A stretch of DNA of 44,033 bases from Sulfolobales archaeon (lineage in GTDB: Archaea > Thermoproteota > Thermoprotei_A > Sulfolobales > NBVN01), in contig JAWBTQ010000010.1 in NCBI GenBank assembly GCA_038841535.1, positions 1 through 44,033 of the forward strand, written 5' to 3'. The translations under genes and the position numbers were made by a program. Positions 39,728 to 44,033 of this stretch are shown one piece after another; within the stretch, counting starts at the first letter, position 1; each line of letters begins with the position of its first letter. The notes under the pieces were generated by a model. It was not told the origin of the DNA, made no database searches, and saw only the letters and a list, made by a program, of their open reading frames with translations.

Positions 39728-40546
39728 TTGGTTAGGTGTAGTTTGAGTAAAGAAGCAATAATGAGGGTAGTCTCGATACTTAAAGTTATTTCACTGAATG
39801 ACGTACTCGATATCGAGGAAGCAGACCCTCAGTACGAGTCTGCTGTAGCAGTGTGTTCTGCTGGTGGTATAGCAGGTGCTGTCTCCTTCTTTCTAGTTGC
39901 TCTATCAGCCTATAGACTCAGGTGCACAGGTGAGGAGTACTGGAGTAGATTTACTAAGCACTTCCTTGAGAAGGGATCAGTCCTTGGTCCAGTGGATACG
40001 GCACTAAGCTTCGTGCTAGAGGATAAATGTAGCTCCTTCCTTAGAGAAGCTAAAGTGAGTAGGATAAGGAAGCTCTCTAGTTACTCAGCTACGATAAGTG
40101 AGTTAATATATCGTTGCGACTTTAGGCAGCTTTGGAGTCTGACCTCTAAGGTGCTACAATCTGACCCTAGCAGCAAGACGGTAGTCTTCGCTGTAAAGAT
40201 GGGGTATTACTGCGGGAGAGCCTTAAAGCGGTGTAAGGGCCCTCTGCCACTAGACATCCCCATACCTGTAGATAGTAGAGTAGCTAGAGCCACAGTAAAC
40301 TTAGGCATCATACAGGGTCTGTCTACGGAGGAAGTACTAAAAAACTGTAAACGAGAGGTTGTGGAGGCCTGGAGAGTCGTTAGTGAAGAAACCGGCATAC
40401 CCTCTATCCACCTAGACACACTAGTTTGGGCTCTCCAGAACCCCTCTACGTTCTCTAAGGCTTTAGCTAAAATAGGATCGAGTAAGTCGGTAGCAGCCCT
40501 CAGGAATTTGATGGCAGTAATCAGAAGATCAGATAGCGAGCTGTGA
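39728..40546 (+). CDS. N-glycosylase/DNA lyase (archaeal 8-oxoguanine glycosylase AGOG)
   Basis: DPQY, GEEYW, KTVVFAVKM, IPIPVDSRV, HLDTLVW. Confidence 0.9.
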   Translation: MVRCSLSKEAIMRVVSILKVISLNDVLDIEEADPQYESAVAVCSAGGIAGAVSFFLVALSAYRLRCTGEEYWSRFTKHFLEKGSVLGPVDTALSFVLEDKCSSFLREAKVSRIRKLSSYSATISELIYRCDFRQLWSLTSKVLQSDPSSKTVVFAVKMGYYCGRALKRCKGPLPLDIPIPVDSRVARATVNLGIIQGLSTEEVLKNCKREVVEAWRVVSEETGIPSIHLDTLVWALQNPSTFSKALAKIGSSKSVAALRNLMAVIRRSDSEL

Positions 40547-40635
40547 GGGGGCTAACCTGCTACGAGCTCTTTAGTTACATAATGGTAGCACTTATAAAGT
40601 GAGTATATAGATCCGTAAATAATGGATGGTGAAAG

Positions 40636-42003
40636 ATGTGCGCGCAAATACGTGAGGTAAGCTCAGCTAAGAGAATTGCTGAAGTAAGTCTGCATAGCCA
40701 CATAAAGGGTCTCGGCTTAGATGATAAAGGAGAACCCCTACGTGTAGCTGATGGAATAGTTGGTCAAATGGAGGCAAGGAAAAGTGCCGCTATTGTAGTC
40801 GAGCTAGTAAAGCAAGGTAAGTTTCAAGGTAAGGGTGTCCTACTTGTTGGACCTCCAGGGACTGGAAAGACTGCCTTAGCTTACGCTATAGCGAGAGAGC
40901 TCGGTGAAGACACTCCCTTTGTGACTATCCACGCATCCGAGGTTTACTCATTAGAAGCTAAGAAGACGGAAGTCCTAATGAGAGCGGTAAGAAAGGCTAT
41001 GGGTGTAAGAATTCGGGAGACTCGGAGGGTCTACGAGGGTGCTGTTAAGGAGATTAAGGTTGCTTACGGGAAGCATCCGTTTAACCCCTACTTGAGGATT
41101 CCGCGAGAAGCCAGAATAACTCTCGAGACCAGAGACGACAGCCTCTCTCTGACTGTTGGTGAGGAGATCACGTCACAGTTACTGAAACTAGGGATTAGGA
41201 GGGGAGACCTGATATGGATAGACGCTGAGACTGGTTTAGTCCACAAGGTAGGTAGAGTCAAGGGAGTCGAGAAGGCTAAGTATTACGACGTAGACGTGTG
41301 GGATGTGTCAGAGGAGTTACCTAAGGGTCCAGTGAAGAAAGAGAAGGAGATAACGAGGGTATTTACCTTTAACGACCTAGATGTTGCTGTAGCGTCTCAG
41401 AGGATCTCGTTAATAGGCTTTCTAGGGGTAGAACTAGAGAGGGAGATAGATGAGGAAGTCAGGAGAACAGTCAACTCCCAGATTAAGAAGATCGTTGACG
41501 AGGGAAAGGGGGAGCTCATCCCAGGAGTACTCTTTATAGACGATTCTCACATGCTAGACCTAGAGTGCTTTGCGTTTCTATCTAAGATAATGGAGAGCGA
41601 GTTCGCACCCATAATAATAATGGCTACCAACAGAGGCATAACTAAGATATATGGTACAGACATAGAGTCACCTCATGGGATACCTCTCGACATCCTAGAT
41701 AGACTGCTCATAATCCCTGTGAGGCCGTACACGAAGGATGAGATCAAAGAGATAGTGAAAATAAGGTCTGAAGAAGAGGAGGTTGTTCTCTCTAGTGACG
41801 CCTTAGAGCTACTAGCGGACCTAGGAGTCAAGTACAGTCTGAGATATGCCATCCAGCTCCTAAGACCGGCCAGTGTAGCCGCATTGAAGAAGGGACGTAG
41901 TGAAGTTAAAGCAGAGGACGTACTGGAGGTCAGCAAGCAGTTCATAGACACGAAGAGAAGTGTAGAGTTCATCAAGGAGTTCGAGGAAAAGTTTTTAAAG
42001 TAG
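40636..42003 (+). CDS. TIP49 / RuvB-like helicase
   Basis: HSHIKGLGLD, GPPGTGKT, PGVLFIDD.HMLD, ATNRG, PHGIP.D.LDR. Confidence 0.95.
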   Translation: MCAQIREVSSAKRIAEVSLHSHIKGLGLDDKGEPLRVADGIVGQMEARKSAAIVVELVKQGKFQGKGVLLVGPPGTGKTALAYAIARELGEDTPFVTIHASEVYSLEAKKTEVLMRAVRKAMGVRIRETRRVYEGAVKEIKVAYGKHPFNPYLRIPREARITLETRDDSLSLTVGEEITSQLLKLGIRRGDLIWIDAETGLVHKVGRVKGVEKAKYYDVDVWDVSEELPKGPVKKEKEITRVFTFNDLDVAVASQRISLIGFLGVELEREIDEEVRRTVNSQIKKIVDEGKGELIPGVLFIDDSHMLDLECFAFLSKIMESEFAPIIIMATNRGITKIYGTDIESPHGIPLDILDRLLIIPVRPYTKDEIKEIVKIRSEEEEVVLSSDALELLADLGVKYSLRYAIQLLRPASVAALKKGRSEVKAEDVLEVSKQFIDTKRSVEFIKEFEEKFLK

Positions 42004-42123
42004 GCCGGCCCCTCCAGCTGTGGAGAGAGCTTAGTTAGCTTAGCATCACTTTCTCCCTTCTCCCACCCCTACCGGGATTCGTAGAGTCGGAAGCCTAGTG
42101 GTGATCATCTATGTGGAGTAGTT

Positions 42124-42510
42124 CTATTTCACAGCTCTTTCCGCTACTCTGCTACTGAGCAAGGCGCTTGCTAGTAGTATTAAGAGCCAGAGCGGTAGAG
42201 CTATTTCGAAGGCAACGTCCGGCGCCCTTCTCCACAGAGTCCTCAACAGCGCAAAGTACGCTGTGCCGACGATGTAGTACGCTGTTATCGAAGCGTACAC
42301 CGAGCTCCTCAATCCGAGCTTCGTGCGCATGGAGAGTAGAACGCCGATAGCTAGCGATATCGATATAGGCATGACCGTCAATAGAAGCACTGCTGAAGCC
42401 AGGTTCAAGGACGGAAACACGCTAAGAACCCAGAAGGGCCAACCCCACCACCCAATGAAAGCGAGGACATACCCAAGGCTCGTCACAGGGTCATGCGTTA
42501 GTGGGAGCAT
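42124..42510 (-). CDS. Hypothetical membrane protein (hydrophobic frame continues upstream without a start codon)
   Basis: About 4 TM segments; upstream in-frame RTLIGVLASYFLALLFLALL. Confidence 0.6.
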   Translation of the reverse strand: MLPLTHDPVTSLGYVLAFIGWWGWPFWVLSVFPSLNLASAVLLLTVMPISISLAIGVLLSMRTKLGLRSSVYASITAYYIVGTAYFALLRTLWRRAPDVAFEIALPLWLLILLASALLSSRVAERAVK

Positions 42511-42540
42511 CAGTAGTGCGAGAAACAGTAGTGCGAGAAA
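42511..42540. repeat. 15-bp perfect tandem duplication
   Basis: CAGTAGTGCGAGAAA x2 (FLALL x2 on minus strand). Confidence 0.85.
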
Positions 42541-42679
42541 GTACGATGCTAAGACCCCAATTAGAGTGCGTGAAACCCTGCTAATGGGGCTTCCCTGACT
42601 AGATTAGCTTAGTTAAGCTAATAAAAGAAGATCAGACCTGTCCCAGTCAACCCTCTCTCTATGCGTTGAGTACAAGGCC

Positions 42680-43215
42680 TATAAACTTGGCGAAAATCGG
42701 AAAGCGGATACCACTGTAAATTCGTAGTCTCTGCTTATGACTGTGCAAATTTTGACATTCACAGAGCTGTAGAGAGTGTAGCTTATTAAACCATTGCGTT
42801 ATAAGTCGACGAGAATACAGCCGTGAATGGACGTTCTAACTCGTAGTACCAGAAAAGCAGCTTCGCAAGGTTGACGCATGCTGCAAACACAACGCTGTGG
42901 GAGCTCTCTGGCTAGGGCCAAGCTTCCTAATTGAGAACTCTCGCCCTCAGAAGCTACTGGGGCTGTTTTCTTCTTGATGTTTTGAGGGTTATGTTTATGA
43001 TCGTTGCCTATGGTTATACCTGGGATGAACTTGGGTGGTGATTGGAGCACTACTCCAAGCCTCCCAGAGCTTGAACTAGGTGGGAGCTACGTGCCGTTTG
43101 GCTCGACGGCCACCCATGAACCCACGCAGACACCTAAGTCCGCGTAGACGAAGTAGAAGTCCCTGGACGCGAAAGAACACTAACAAACGAAGATGAATAT
43201 CCAGGGACAAACGGT
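42680..43215 (+). pseudogene. Heavily decayed tnpB (IS200/IS605/IS607 OrfB) remnant with right end
   Basis: Fragments KLGENRKAD, RCGSSL, GGSYVPFGSTATHEP..KSL; terminates GGGACAAACGGT like the element at 168-397. Confidence 0.5.
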
Positions 43216-43229
43216 TTTGGGTGTCCACT

Positions 43230-43778
43230 CTATATGTCTGAAACACCCCTTACGTAAAGGTAGAGAGTGGCTTCTCTGTACCCGAGTGAGACCCTCATGA
43301 TGTGGATCGGTCTCCACCCAGGGATCTCGAAGTCTAGAGTGATTACCCTAGTCCCCAGCCTGAGCTCTCTTTCTAACTTAGGTCTCAGAGCTCTATTGAC
43401 GGAGGTCAGTAGGTACATGTAGACTATGGTAGCATCTCTGAGGCTGACGTTGAAGAAGTCGTCGTTTATGAAAGTAATCCTATCGATGACCTTGAGCCTC
43501 TCAGCCGCTTCCTTAGCTTTCTTGATTAGCTCGGGGTTAATCTCTACGCAAACTCCTTTAGCACCGTGAAGAGATGCCTCAATGACCACCCTCCCGTCAC
43601 CACACCCTAAGTCATAGAACACGTCTTCTTTCGTGGGTTTAGCCAGCATTATTATATAGGGAAGAATCTCCTCTCTAGTCGGGACCCATGGAGCTTGAGC
43701 CAGAGGATGCGAGTAGACCACTCCGAGTAGCACCCAGAGATCTCCTATTTCATCCAAGTTTTTAAGGACATCATCCAC
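43230..43778 (-). CDS. Class I SAM-dependent methyltransferase, aKMT-like protein lysine methyltransferase
   Basis: PWVPT, YDLGCGDGR, VEIN, VYMYLL...LRPKLE. Confidence 0.85.
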   Translation of the reverse strand: MDDVLKNLDEIGDLWVLLGVVYSHPLAQAPWVPTREEILPYIIMLAKPTKEDVFYDLGCGDGRVVIEASLHGAKGVCVEINPELIKKAKEAAERLKVIDRITFINDDFFNVSLRDATIVYMYLLTSVNRALRPKLERELRLGTRVITLDFEIPGWRPIHIMRVSLGYREATLYLYVRGVSDI

Positions 43779-43823
43779 CGCGCTATCACCCCTTCAGCAG
43801 TTATCATGGAGGTACTTATGTAC

Positions 43824-44033
43824 GGGGTTCAGCTCTGATATAGGTTTGTATTTGTTGGTTTCGTTGCCTCATCTCTTTTCCCCTGCATCAGTCTTGGGTC
43901 TGCACTACCCTTAGGGGCTTTCAGGGGCACCCCTAGACCCCCACATCTTGAGTATCTCGGGGAGAGCCCCTAGGGAGCTCTCAACCCCTCATCGAACTAT
44001 CCCCACACACTACTACACATAGAGTACTTAAGA
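43824..44033 (-). mobile_element. Family A dispersed element, copy 5 (left end beyond window)
   Basis: Reverse complement TCTTAAGTACTCTATGTG...GATGAGGGG...TATCAGAGCTGAACCCC. Confidence 0.9.

Noticed and set aside
42799-43050. 83-aa minus-strand ORF
   Set aside because: No motif; antisense to the tnpB-like remnant.

Overview
Crenarchaeal (Thermoproteota, probably Desulfurococcales-like) chromosomal segment, inferred from SmAP3, split arcTGT, AGOG, TIP49, L15e and an aKMT-like methyltransferase. Core blocks: nurA-herA-mre11-rad50; tRNA-Arg(CCG) with a decayed tyrosine integrase beside its 3' end; transport and catabolic genes (DAACS symporter, YhdT/PanF-like symporter with a D-aminoacylase-like hydrolase, and a peptide ABC transporter coupled to a membrane-anchored cyanophycinase-like enzyme); and the rpl15e-RNase P-SmAP3-tgtA cluster. 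The most striking unannotated signal is five dispersed ~260-300 bp copies of one non-coding element. Each has a conserved left end, a BRE/TATA-like promoter, GC-rich hairpins that read as a tnpB 3' tail, a fixed right end (GCTGAACCC) and a unique downstream flank. This layout fits stand-alone TnpB guide-RNA (omegaRNA) cassettes or IS607-like MITEs. A second mini-element, a decayed tnpB and an IS605-type right end are also present, but no intact TnpB or TnpA. All calls come from motif recognition by eye; no database searches were run.
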